Shown: piece after piece, positions 7,901-15,282 of the stretch | Layout of the letters: every line of letters starts with the position of its first letter | Numbering within the stretch: the stretch's first letter is position 1 | IMG/VR virus record: IMGVR_UViG_3300036715_000208 | DNA length: 20,000 nucleotides | Origin: an uncultured virus (IMG/VR IMGVR_UViG_3300036715_000208) | Lineage: Duplodnaviria > Heunggongvirae > Uroviricota > Caudoviricetes | Reading direction: 5' to 3' (one strand) | Position numbers and translations under genes: made by a program | Notes under the pieces: model-generated | The model's input: only the letters and a program-made list of their open reading frames with translations | What the model was told of the DNA's origin: nothing | Database searches by the model: none

Positions 7901-8374
7901 AAGGTTGTTAACGCTAGCGGTTGCTCCAATGGTTGTTAGAGAACCCCAAGCTGTTACTCCATCTCCTACTTTTAGTTCACTAGTAGTAGTATCATAGCCG
8001 ATTTCTCCAGCTGATAAAACTACACCAGACCAGCTTCCAGTATTACCTCTTCTAATATTTAAAACTTGACCAGCTGTTCCTGGACTACCGCCATCAAGTG
8101 GTCCTTGTGTAATCTTGTTATTAATGATTGTCATTAATGCTGAGTCAAGACTAATGACTGTTCCGCCAGCGGATACAACTATGTCTCCATAGTCTCCGTT
8201 AGCAAGAGTTGAATTTCCTATTGCTTGAAGACTGCGCCACAATGTAGTACCGTCTCCAACTTTTATTTGTAAGCTTGTGAGATCATAGGAGATTTCTCCT
8301 AAAGCTAGTGTTGGGTTTTGTGCATACCAGTTAGCGTAACTATCTCTACGTATTCTAATGATGTCTTGCGGCAT
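4985..8374 (-). CDS. Long mosaic tail fibre protein (1129 aa)
   Basis: Two Mtd_N/hyaluronidase-N-like modules (IRRD..W...NP.LA.GEI.YD....IKVGDG.T.W..L, aa 1-50 and 104-146); repeated L..L.DVTIT....L.Y....W units; three HxH motifs; Gly8 linker; GGAGG SD. Confidence 0.85.
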   Translation of the reverse strand: MPQDIIRIRRDSYANWYAQNPTLALGEISYDLTSLQIKVGDGTTLWRSLQAIGNSTLANGDYGDIVVSAGGTVISLDSALMTIINNKITQGPLDGGSPGTAGQVLNIRRGNTGSWSGVVLSAGEIGYDTTTSELKVGDGVTAWGSLTTIGATASVNNLNALTDVTITGTPASQQALLYNSGTSQWTNQAIPTPIFPLDTLSDVTITSPANTQLLQYNGTAWVNVNPAVTEPPITAGTKNHINVVSLDTDWRIRDNVITQNMFELTSPVNPNDAATKGYTDSTVGMAITAAILEDLDQVGGIATTAYVREDSGPTIGTYIDDHLDVPNYIAKLDSDKRISASSLPVAGISKRNLKYSERDKANTGRNIIRTMHTDGTSVGDFVWSTYSAVDPLAIATLVQTDTHSYIQTEENQYGSVGRVRHCHAGFTGINPDMKLDDCPKEFKAHVKYDGSGNNSTVASVGFHATHGTRSQLLACFDCLGTTNWWMRVVMGYTATPTDRGIPGSYENVVYFMDTGIPVNQFTRLGIRIVLNENPGYLPGGSGVLDGIYFYSEVPQEVGSAGNYKDYLETSLGSYLLTGPIEDVFGADAHCYVGLELRQRNEGTNKSSQKLYFKDMTYLEYYGYSQFAPIAHTHTLADLTQSAATDGQVPTWNNTALAWQPATPSGGGGGGGGATTLDGLTDVTITAATTGDILYYQNTPSAGWYNKTRTDVMTGFTLLYPALQCPPAQTGTSRLVWWNDDMGVTRTITPSGTGIASLTLDTTANTMVVNVPASHAHALSDLTTTGTAGSTNFLRGDGAWTTGYLVTDADKGDITVTGSGATWTIDANAITTSKLASDSVRTAKIQDGAVTLAKITLLEPNSFPMGNNLGTANTGGEFSTTFFDVGGAAPQIITPKDAALTYAKMQNVSASDKLLGRSTAGAGVVEEIPCTAAGRALLDDIDASAQRTTLGLGALATLANAPAVTLTGTTLAASVTASSLTSVGTLATLTVSAAIVGSVTGNAATVTTNANLTGHITSTGNATALGTFTSLQLKTALSDETGSGAAVFADTPTLVTPILGTPTSGNLSNCTNLPSHTHAASDITTGVIATARLGTGTQNNTTFLSGDGTWQSVSGSGMTFQQSLRIAALL
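6359..6382 (-). repeat. Gly8 linker encoded by GGT/GGC trinucleotide run inside the fibre gene
   Basis: Plus strand acc gcc acc gcc acc gcc acc acc, in frame with the 1129-aa ORF. Confidence 0.85.
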
Positions 8375-8385
8375 CTAGCCTCCTA

Positions 8386-8664
8386 TTATAATGTGTTAAA
8401 AACTCCACCAGCGTCGATATCGACACCAGAGGAACCAAAAGCATCTCCACCGTCTTGATCATTTACTTGCGTAGGTGCAGAGGTTACGCCATCAAGTATA
8501 ATTTGTTTATTCTTACCACCTGTTCCTGCGCTGGTATCTAAAAGAATAATGTTTCCAGATGCATACTCAACGACTATATCTCCAACTGAATTTACATACA
8601 TCCTAGCGACACCCGTCCGAATTGGAGCGGGTGTGCTAGGAACGTTACGTTTATAATTTGGCAT
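8386..8664 (-). CDS. Hypothetical 92-aa protein, possible fibre adaptor (C-terminal DGG-type motifs)
   Basis: Start reassigned to MPNYKR (SD AGAGGAG); C-terminus IILDG...DQDGG...DIDAGG; precedes the long fibre. Confidence 0.65.
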   Translation of the reverse strand: MPNYKRNVPSTPAPIRTGVARMYVNSVGDIVVEYASGNIILLDTSAGTGGKNKQIILDGVTSAPTQVNDQDGGDAFGSSGVDIDAGGVFNTL

Positions 8665-9181
8665 TTTTTCTCCTCTTGAATTCGGCATCCAAGACTGGAT
8701 CCTTTGCTCTAAGGAATGCTATTGCTTCTCTAATATTGGTTTGTCCGTTAAGGGTTTCATCCAATAGTTTTGCCTCTTGTTTCTTTGCTTCTGGAATATA
8801 TCCAACTAACTTTTGCATCAGTCTTCCTAGTCCAGAGTACCACAGTAAGACAACGATACCCAATATGGAGATCGCTATCATTACTATTTGTATGGTGTTT
8901 GCCCACCAAGGCACGGTATCAACTACCCCCGAAGTCGCTTCGATAATTCCTTCGGTCTTCTCAATGATATCGGTCTGTTCCAATATCCCTTGATTGGATC
9001 TTTTCTGAATTTCTGAGAGTCTTGGGAGGATTGCTGTTGCGGCTTCGTTGATTTTTTCAAAGTTATTCTTTGAGTCCTGTGCAAGAGATCGTATAGAATT
9101 AGAACTCTTCTGTATCTTCTCTACTGAAGAGCATGAAATCAACGCTAAGAAACTAGTTAATAGGATCGTTCTTATCAACAT
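8651..9181 (-). CDS. Lipoprotein with a second, C-proximal TM helix; spanin-like
   Basis: Signal peptide MLIRTILLTSFLALIS-C with lipobox Cys17; helical/coiled-coil segment; TM WWANTIQIVMIAISILGIVVLLWY; SD AAGGAG; overlaps the upstream gene by 29 nt. Confidence 0.7.
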   Translation of the reverse strand: MLIRTILLTSFLALISCSSVEKIQKSSNSIRSLAQDSKNNFEKINEAATAILPRLSEIQKRSNQGILEQTDIIEKTEGIIEATSGVVDTVPWWANTIQIVMIAISILGIVVLLWYSGLGRLMQKLVGYIPEAKKQEAKLLDETLNGQTNIREAIAFLRAKDPVLDAEFKRRKNAKL

Positions 9182-9440
9182 GCAGACCGCTCCTTACCAT
9201 TGAGAAAGTCAATGTCTGTAATACGTTTCGTATTTCGTGAATGTTTTTTTCTAATCGTTCTACACGTGATATAATTGTATCGTATTCGATAGTCTTTATA
9301 TCTCGCATTGATTTAATTTCTGATTCTAGAGAAGTTATTTTACTTGCAAGCCAGTAGACGCATCCTCCAGCGGGGAGAAACAACACACTGATTACAAGCA
9401 GTAACTGCTCTACCGTTAATGGGTGTGTAACGGAATCCAT
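9153..9440 (-). CDS. Holin-like membrane protein (one N-terminal TM plus coiled coil)
   Basis: 95 aa; TM LLLVISVLFLPAGGCVYWLA followed by heptads (ITSLESEI, VERLEKNIHEI); sits after a fibre gene and before a lipoprotein. Confidence 0.55.
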   Translation of the reverse strand: MDSVTHPLTVEQLLLVISVLFLPAGGCVYWLASKITSLESEIKSMRDIKTIEYDTIISRVERLEKNIHEIRNVLQTLTFSMVRSGLHVDKNDPIN

Positions 9441-9441
9441 G

Positions 9442-10860
9442 TTATGTCTGAGCCAATGTAAAGGTCATTATAATGGGAGCATCAGTTGCTCCGTTTAATA
9501 GATAGGTAGTTGGGTAACCGCCTACAAGGACATTAGCGGCGGTTACCGATCCACTACCTAGTGATCCTGTAATTGATGGACAAACCGCAATACCACTTGG
9601 ACCCAAAGTAATTTTCCTGACTACAAAAGTATAAACTCCCGCAAGAATCTGTTCTCTGCGCCAGTAAAATGAAACTGATTTTGTAGTGGATGTGTTTGTT
9701 GCGGTAATATTATGATCTGTGTAATTACCACTAAGCCCTAAAGAAAACGTAAGGTTTCCAATTGGTGTTGGAGCCGTGTTTGTATTCTGTGCGGCTGTAC
9801 CTGAAGAAGACTTAAGACTACCAATGCTTACAGAGGCAGCTGATAATCCAACCGTTGTGTTTACAGTACCAGTAACAAACAGATCTCCAGTTATATTGGT
9901 TGACCCATTAACGTTTAAGCTTCCGTAATTTGCTGCATTCTTAGGTCTAATGGTTATTCCATTACTATCTGTAGTATCTGCATTATTAAAAAGCTTAATA
10001 GATCTACCAGAGGCAGACATGTTTGGTTGAATAATAATATTATCTGATGCAGCATTAGCTGTTGTATCATCTGTTGTTCTAATACTACCTGTACCTGTAA
10101 TTTTAAGACCATTTGCAAAAGTCTTAGCACCAGTTATAGTTTGTGTATCTGCTATGGTTGCTAGAACTGTTTTAGCTGTAGTACCAATAGCTGATAACTC
10201 AACTGGAACTGTAAAGGTAGCAGCTGTAGTAGCTACCGTAAGGCAATCTACTGGTGTACTTCCTGCATTTGTTGGAGCAATAACAATGGACTTGCTTGCG
10301 CCTTGTCCATTTAGTTTTGCACTTGAACTTAGGAAGATGTTGTTTGTAAAAGTCTTTGCTCCAGTAATGTCTTGGTTACCAGCCGTGGTTACGCCACCAC
10401 CAGATACAACCCAATTATTTCCATCCCAGATACGTAAAATACCTGTAACCGTATCATGCCACAGAAGACCTGTATCTGCTGCGTTGGGAGTTGGTTGTGA
10501 AGACTGATAGTAGATACGTCCTGCATTAAGCAAGACACCTCTTTTATTGAATGCGTTAATTAAAGTATCTGTACTTGTTCTAAACTCTAACATATTTTCT
10601 AGTTGAGTAGTAAGTGCATTTACTTTAAGTGTTTTGTTTTCTGGATGAAAACTAAGACCAACAGCAGGAACTTGTAAGTTCTGTGTTGATACTCTATTTA
10701 AACCAACAATAGTATTATCATAGTCGGTTGCGTTTTCAAGTCCAGTATTTCCTGTGGTAATCATTGTCCAGCTATTGTTTGCTGTACTAAATCTCCACTG
10801 TATAGCTCCGTCTGTATGGGTAGAATTATCTGCTGGTGCGTTTGGAAAATTAATTGGCAT
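9442..10860 (-). CDS. Tail fibre / fibre-associated protein (472 aa)
   Basis: N-terminal MPINFPNAP...W motif; GLLWHDTVTGILRIWDGNNW; two Q.ITGAKTF repeats; T/S/G/N-rich. Confidence 0.8.
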   Translation of the reverse strand: MPINFPNAPADNSTHTDGAIQWRFSTANNSWTMITTGNTGLENATDYDNTIVGLNRVSTQNLQVPAVGLSFHPENKTLKVNALTTQLENMLEFRTSTDTLINAFNKRGVLLNAGRIYYQSSQPTPNAADTGLLWHDTVTGILRIWDGNNWVVSGGGVTTAGNQDITGAKTFTNNIFLSSSAKLNGQGASKSIVIAPTNAGSTPVDCLTVATTAATFTVPVELSAIGTTAKTVLATIADTQTITGAKTFANGLKITGTGSIRTTDDTTANAASDNIIIQPNMSASGRSIKLFNNADTTDSNGITIRPKNAANYGSLNVNGSTNITGDLFVTGTVNTTVGLSAASVSIGSLKSSSGTAAQNTNTAPTPIGNLTFSLGLSGNYTDHNITATNTSTTKSVSFYWRREQILAGVYTFVVRKITLGPSGIAVCPSITGSLGSGSVTAANVLVGGYPTTYLLNGATDAPIIMTFTLAQT

Positions 10861-10868
10861 AGATTACC

Positions 10869-11777
10869 TTATTGTGCTGGGGCCGATACGTCTACCCAAT
10901 AACCAATTTCTCCGTTGGTGTTTGTTGGTAAACCAGTGTATCTATCGTCTGTTGCGTATACATATAGACGGCCATTTGTTGTATTAAACCATAGTGAACC
11001 CCACAAGAACAATCCGTTTCCAGATGCTTCTGATCTAGTTGGTGCTGTTGAAGTAGCAAAGAAGGAACCTGGAAGTACTCCACTTGATCCTGGTCTTTGT
11101 GAAGTAGTAAGTAGAGCAGCTCCATCTAGTGTTGCTATTCCACCCACAGCTGCAAGCTTTGCGGTTACATTGCTTGCAATTTGTGCGTCTACATAAGCCT
11201 TGGTAGCTACATCTTGTGCGCCTGTTGGGTCAGGTAGATTTGTAATTCCAAACCCAGCAGCATTCAAAGGAAACTCAAGTGGATTAAGTACAGCAAGATT
11301 ATCACTGAGGAGGATTGCTTTGTTGGCGGTGTTAGTTACCTCTTGAATTAAACCAAGAAGATGTGCGGTATTTAAGTTAAGTTGATCAGCCGTAATTCTT
11401 GAACCAGTGGTCCAAGATACATATGGTTCTGAAATAATATTAACTCTATTGATTGCAATACTTTCACCACTAACTAGAGCTGGATATGAAACAGATGTTC
11501 CATTGTCACGAATAAAGTTTGTTGATGGAGGAACTGTTATAGCTGTTATAGTTCTATTGGTTACATCAAGGGTAAGCCAAGCAGATGGAATCTGTCCCAT
11601 TCTCTTGACTTCATCTACAGATAGAGAAGAACCAAAGATTGATTCAATGCCCTCTCTAAATAAAAGTAGTTGTTCCTTGTGATCAACCTGATCTATCATT
11701 GTTAGTTGTGTATAATAAAGGGTTGATGGGTATATTCCATGTGCCGATATAGTAACTGTTGTTTGATTTGTTGCCAT
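10869..11777 (-). CDS. Tail fibre adaptor with T7 gp17 N-terminal-like domain (302 aa)
   Basis: GESIAINR...VSWTTGSRITADQLN....HLLGLIQE matches the gp17-N pattern (I.R...VDF.DGS.L.A.DLN...QE); ITNLPDP..AQDVATKAYVD; C-terminal GSLWFNTTNGRLYVY...WVD. Confidence 0.8.
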   Translation of the reverse strand: MATNQTTVTISAHGIYPSTLYYTQLTMIDQVDHKEQLLLFREGIESIFGSSLSVDEVKRMGQIPSAWLTLDVTNRTITAITVPPSTNFIRDNGTSVSYPALVSGESIAINRVNIISEPYVSWTTGSRITADQLNLNTAHLLGLIQEVTNTANKAILLSDNLAVLNPLEFPLNAAGFGITNLPDPTGAQDVATKAYVDAQIASNVTAKLAAVGGIATLDGAALLTTSQRPGSSGVLPGSFFATSTAPTRSEASGNGLFLWGSLWFNTTNGRLYVYATDDRYTGLPTNTNGEIGYWVDVSAPAQ

Positions 11778-11779
11778 AG

Positions 11780-14461
11780 TTAACTCAAAGATGTACTATT
11801 ACGATTGAAGATGGTTGCAAGTTCAATCTGTGTTATGTTTGTTGGTGACAGCTTGTCGTTAATGATCCGTATTTTTACATCGTCTGAGAATCCAAACACC
11901 TTTGAAATAAACGTTCCATTAACAGATTGGATATCAGTATTCTCTAGGTTTGTTGCGGAGAATTCAGAAACTAGTTTTGCTGTTCTTCCTCGCCGCGTTA
12001 CCTCAACACGATATGTTCCAGTCTGGCTGTGTCTGGTTGTCATTGTCTTGATATTGACAGCCCCTTCGACGATATTATTATTCTGATCTCTAACATATGC
12101 TGTAGATAATTCAATAAGCATTTGAAAGGATGATCCTACATAGATCTTCTTTCCAATGTGTTCTGTAAGATCCATTCCAGAAAATACTACAATTGTGTTT
12201 GATCCACTGATAGTACAACTAGAGGCTCTAAATGTTGTTCCTTGTTCTGTAAATCCATCAGCCAATACAATATAACAATCTTGCGATGGGATAATATATG
12301 GAACAGTAATGGATGTTTCTACAGCGCGAGCTGAAACATTAAGACTTGTTATAGTTAGCTTACTTAGTGAATCCATTCTTGGTATATCTTTATCTTCTGT
12401 TTCAAGATAGTTAGATAATAAATACCAAGCAGCGGAAGTGGGTGTTTCTCTTTTTACAATAGCGTATATGTAATTATCCCAAGTTTTTAAACTAAAGATT
12501 GAATCACTTGGGTCAATGATGTATCTCCAGAACGCTGATTGAATTAGTTGGTTACCATCAAACCTATTGCAATAAAGATAAATGTGATTCTTATTGTCAG
12601 CATCTACCGATAGTATATAGTTCTGTGCTACTGCGGTTGTAACATCTTGATAGTTCATTGGAAGATATCCACGAACTGTATTAGATAACTCAACAGCGGT
12701 ATTGAATTCACGGCTATCTTGATTAAGATAGATATACATTCTCTGCTTATCTAAGAAGTAGATCTGACTGCCTAGAGTCTGGGGATCAACTAGATCTGCT
12801 GTTGAATAGAATGTGGTACTTGATACTTCTGCTGTTAGAGGAGAGATAAGATTGTTCTGTCCCTTTAATTCAAATTGAACACCACCTCTTGTATTAATAA
12901 AGAGATATGTATTGAATGGAATCATTGCGGTTATCTCTGCATAGCTGTTGCTTGATGCACGAATATCAATAGGATCACCAACAGTTATGTTAGATGGATC
13001 CTTAATCCACAGGTCTTCAAGAACACCCATCTGAGATGAGAACAAGATATCTCCAGATGAAAAGAATAATCTATCTCTAAAATTAGATAGTGCTGAAAGC
13101 TGAACGTGTTGTGCTTCATTATCTATGGTCATAAAAGGAGAAGGTCCAGGATTAGTTATCCTGTCACCTACGGTTCTATTAGTCCAAGCAATTGGTTCAA
13201 ACTTAAAAGAACCATCAGAAAATACAAGACGTTGAGGCATTCTCTTAGCATCAATTACTGAACAGTAATCTGGTGAACGAACCTTTTGAGTATATGGTTT
13301 GCCCTTTCCATTTAATAACAGAGGTGCATAAAGATCAGACTCTTGAAAAGATACTATGCGGTAGAATCCTGCATCTAATGATAGATACGGAGCATCACAG
13401 TATATAATCTTTCCTCTACCATCAGCTGCTGATGTGTTAGTAGATGCGTTATAGAAAGTACTAAAGGGATCATATAGAATCTTAAGCATATCTCTTGCAG
13501 TTTGATCTAGAGGAACTGCTCCTTCCAGTGGACGAGAGTTATTAGCTATCCAGTCATTATTATCTGGTGGAAATCTAAGATCTCCAAAGTTTCTTACGGA
13601 TTGACCAAGCCAAGGCTTTTCAAAATCTCCATATACAAACTCTTCTACTGGAACAAACTGAGCATTCCAGTCAGCATTAAACTCTTCACCCTCTCTTAGT
13701 ACATAACCCTCATTATACATACGACCATCAGTTGTCTTTACAACTTTTGTTGTTGTATAATAAGTAACCTTACTACCGATTGTATCTACAGTTTGAGCTT
13801 CGTGTCCGTCAAGTCCAACTTCCATTCCAGAAGTACCGCTAGTAAATCCAGCGTATACTTTTGTATTTAAATAAATTGTGTTGGTTCCAAGTTGTAATGA
13901 CTTGAGTACTTCTCTAGTGTTTCCAGTACCGTAAGTAAGGTATCGTCTTGTGTGAGAATTAATTATTCCCTTACTTAAGATAGTGTTATACTTAGAACCA
14001 ATACTACCTGATCCACCTAGCTGTAAAGCTAGTTGGTAAATAATATATCTTGGATCTTGTACGTCTATGGTAGAAGAACCATCCCAAACTAACAATAAAT
14101 CCTTTGGATCCCATTGTGATTCGGGTGTCTTATTTGTCCAACCAGTTTCTGTTATCTGCATTGCATATAGAATGTTTTGGGTAGGAGACACGGCGTTTCT
14201 ATCAATAATAATAAGAAACCTGTTGCTTCTATCCAATTGAAACCAAGTGAAATGTGGGTTAGCACTAACTGGAAGGAATGATAAATCGTATGTTCCAGCC
14301 CCAGGAAGAATCGAAAATCCTGGTCTTTTTTCTACTGATCTTTCTAACGATACCATGCAGTTATCTAGATTCTCTGCTTGATATGGTGTTCTCTTTGTAG
14401 CTGGTTGTCTACTGACACCGCCACTTAATGTTAGGATTCTAATTGTCCGTGGTTCAGCCAT
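11780..14461 (-). CDS. Tail tubular protein B (nozzle), T7 gp12-like, 893 aa
   Basis: Start reassigned to MAEPRT (GGAGG SD, TGATG overlap); TLSGGVSRQP, N-terminal KRPG, W..R.VGD..TNP.PSF, FRDRLFF, DPID, QSAFWRY motifs of gp12. Confidence 0.93.
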   Translation of the reverse strand: MAEPRTIRILTLSGGVSRQPATKRTPYQAENLDNCMVSLERSVEKRPGFSILPGAGTYDLSFLPVSANPHFTWFQLDRSNRFLIIIDRNAVSPTQNILYAMQITETGWTNKTPESQWDPKDLLLVWDGSSTIDVQDPRYIIYQLALQLGGSGSIGSKYNTILSKGIINSHTRRYLTYGTGNTREVLKSLQLGTNTIYLNTKVYAGFTSGTSGMEVGLDGHEAQTVDTIGSKVTYYTTTKVVKTTDGRMYNEGYVLREGEEFNADWNAQFVPVEEFVYGDFEKPWLGQSVRNFGDLRFPPDNNDWIANNSRPLEGAVPLDQTARDMLKILYDPFSTFYNASTNTSAADGRGKIIYCDAPYLSLDAGFYRIVSFQESDLYAPLLLNGKGKPYTQKVRSPDYCSVIDAKRMPQRLVFSDGSFKFEPIAWTNRTVGDRITNPGPSPFMTIDNEAQHVQLSALSNFRDRLFFSSGDILFSSQMGVLEDLWIKDPSNITVGDPIDIRASSNSYAEITAMIPFNTYLFINTRGGVQFELKGQNNLISPLTAEVSSTTFYSTADLVDPQTLGSQIYFLDKQRMYIYLNQDSREFNTAVELSNTVRGYLPMNYQDVTTAVAQNYILSVDADNKNHIYLYCNRFDGNQLIQSAFWRYIIDPSDSIFSLKTWDNYIYAIVKRETPTSAAWYLLSNYLETEDKDIPRMDSLSKLTITSLNVSARAVETSITVPYIIPSQDCYIVLADGFTEQGTTFRASSCTISGSNTIVVFSGMDLTEHIGKKIYVGSSFQMLIELSTAYVRDQNNNIVEGAVNIKTMTTRHSQTGTYRVEVTRRGRTAKLVSEFSATNLENTDIQSVNGTFISKVFGFSDDVKIRIINDKLSPTNITQIELATIFNRNSTSLS

Positions 14462-15114
14462 CAGTATCCTCCGTTCCAAAATCTCCTAGTATTATAGTAT
14501 GATCTTGGATATCTTTGCATTGCCTCTGCGTTGTTTAGGATGTTCTGCTTTTTATCCGTGATATTATCTGCACGTGCTTTAATTCTAGTAAGCATTTCTT
14601 CTTGTGCTAGTACCTGATCTAGCATCTTATCACCTTGTGTGATGATCTGATATCTACGCATTGCACTGCTTAGGATTGCTCGTTGTGTAACGGTATCCAA
14701 GTGTTCCCACTTAAGTAATGCCGTGATGGTAACATAGTAATCCGTATCGGCTTTCCATATGCTTGTCTCATCCGTCATGTTATATAGGCATGGAGGATTT
14801 GTCTCTGTTACTCTAGCTCTAATCAATATTCTTTCGTCATTGAAGTGAGCTGAAGCAAGTGATGCCTCAAGTACTCCAAGATAATCGTTGTTAGGATAAC
14901 CTAGTAAAATCTTTCCATCTGCGTCAAGAGTAAACTTCTTGACAAACTTATTCTCTGCGATTCCACGGAGCTGATGCTCCATGCTATACTGGTCTAGCAG
15001 AAACTCTGCAATACCTGTATCTATTCCAGATGCTTCCTCTAGGTCGGCTACTAAGCTTTCCCCTGCTGATAGCATCATCATATTAACTGCGTCTAACTTT
15101 GATAAATATCCCAT
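14461..15114 (-). CDS. Tail tubular protein A (gatekeeper), T7 gp11-like
   Basis: 217 aa; KLDAVNMMMLSAGESLV resembles gp11 'EL.AVN..L..IGE.PV'; lies between capsid and gp12. Confidence 0.9.
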   Translation of the reverse strand: MGYLSKLDAVNMMMLSAGESLVADLEEASGIDTGIAEFLLDQYSMEHQLRGIAENKFVKKFTLDADGKILLGYPNNDYLGVLEASLASAHFNDERILIRARVTETNPPCLYNMTDETSIWKADTDYYVTITALLKWEHLDTVTQRAILSSAMRRYQIITQGDKMLDQVLAQEEMLTRIKARADNITDKKQNILNNAEAMQRYPRSYYNTRRFWNGGY

Positions 15115-15142
15115 AGATGATTCCTTTCTGTTGGGGATAATG

Positions 15143-15175
15143 AAAAACCTACGCCCCCATTTAAGGGGGCATAGG
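15143..15175 (-). terminator. Intrinsic terminator after the major capsid gene (T7 Tphi position)
   Basis: Minus strand CCTATGCCCCC-ttaaat-GGGGGCGTAGG-TTTTT: 11-bp stem with one U-G pair and a U5 tract. Confidence 0.9.
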
Positions 15176-15184
15176 CGTATGCAA

Positions 15185-15279
15185 CTACATACCGATGTAT
15201 GTAGAGGAGATGTCTGATCACCGCAACCCTTCTGGCTAAAGTCTTTGCAAAACTAAAACAAAGAATTACGATCCCAAAC
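15185..15279 (-). promoter_or_regulatory. Structured capsid 3' UTR: long imperfect hairpin plus perfect 8-bp hairpin
   Basis: 15279-15212: GTTTGG/TCAGAC and ATCGTAATTCTT/AAGGGTTGCGGT with apical AGTTTT/AAGACT; 15204-15185: CTACATAC-atcg-GTATGTAG. Confidence 0.55.
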
Positions 15280-15282
15280 CTA

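Noticed and set aside
4985..8374. Diversity-generating retroelement suggested by Mtd_N-like domains
   Set aside because: No reverse transcriptase, no TR/VR repeat pair and no C-type-lectin-like C-terminus seen; Mtd_N is a generic fibre module.
3832..14479. Longer ORF-track starts at 3897, 5051, 8688 and 14479
   Set aside because: Downstream ATGs (3831, 4988, 8664, 14461) have SD sequences and/or stop-start overlaps and avoid long gene overlaps.
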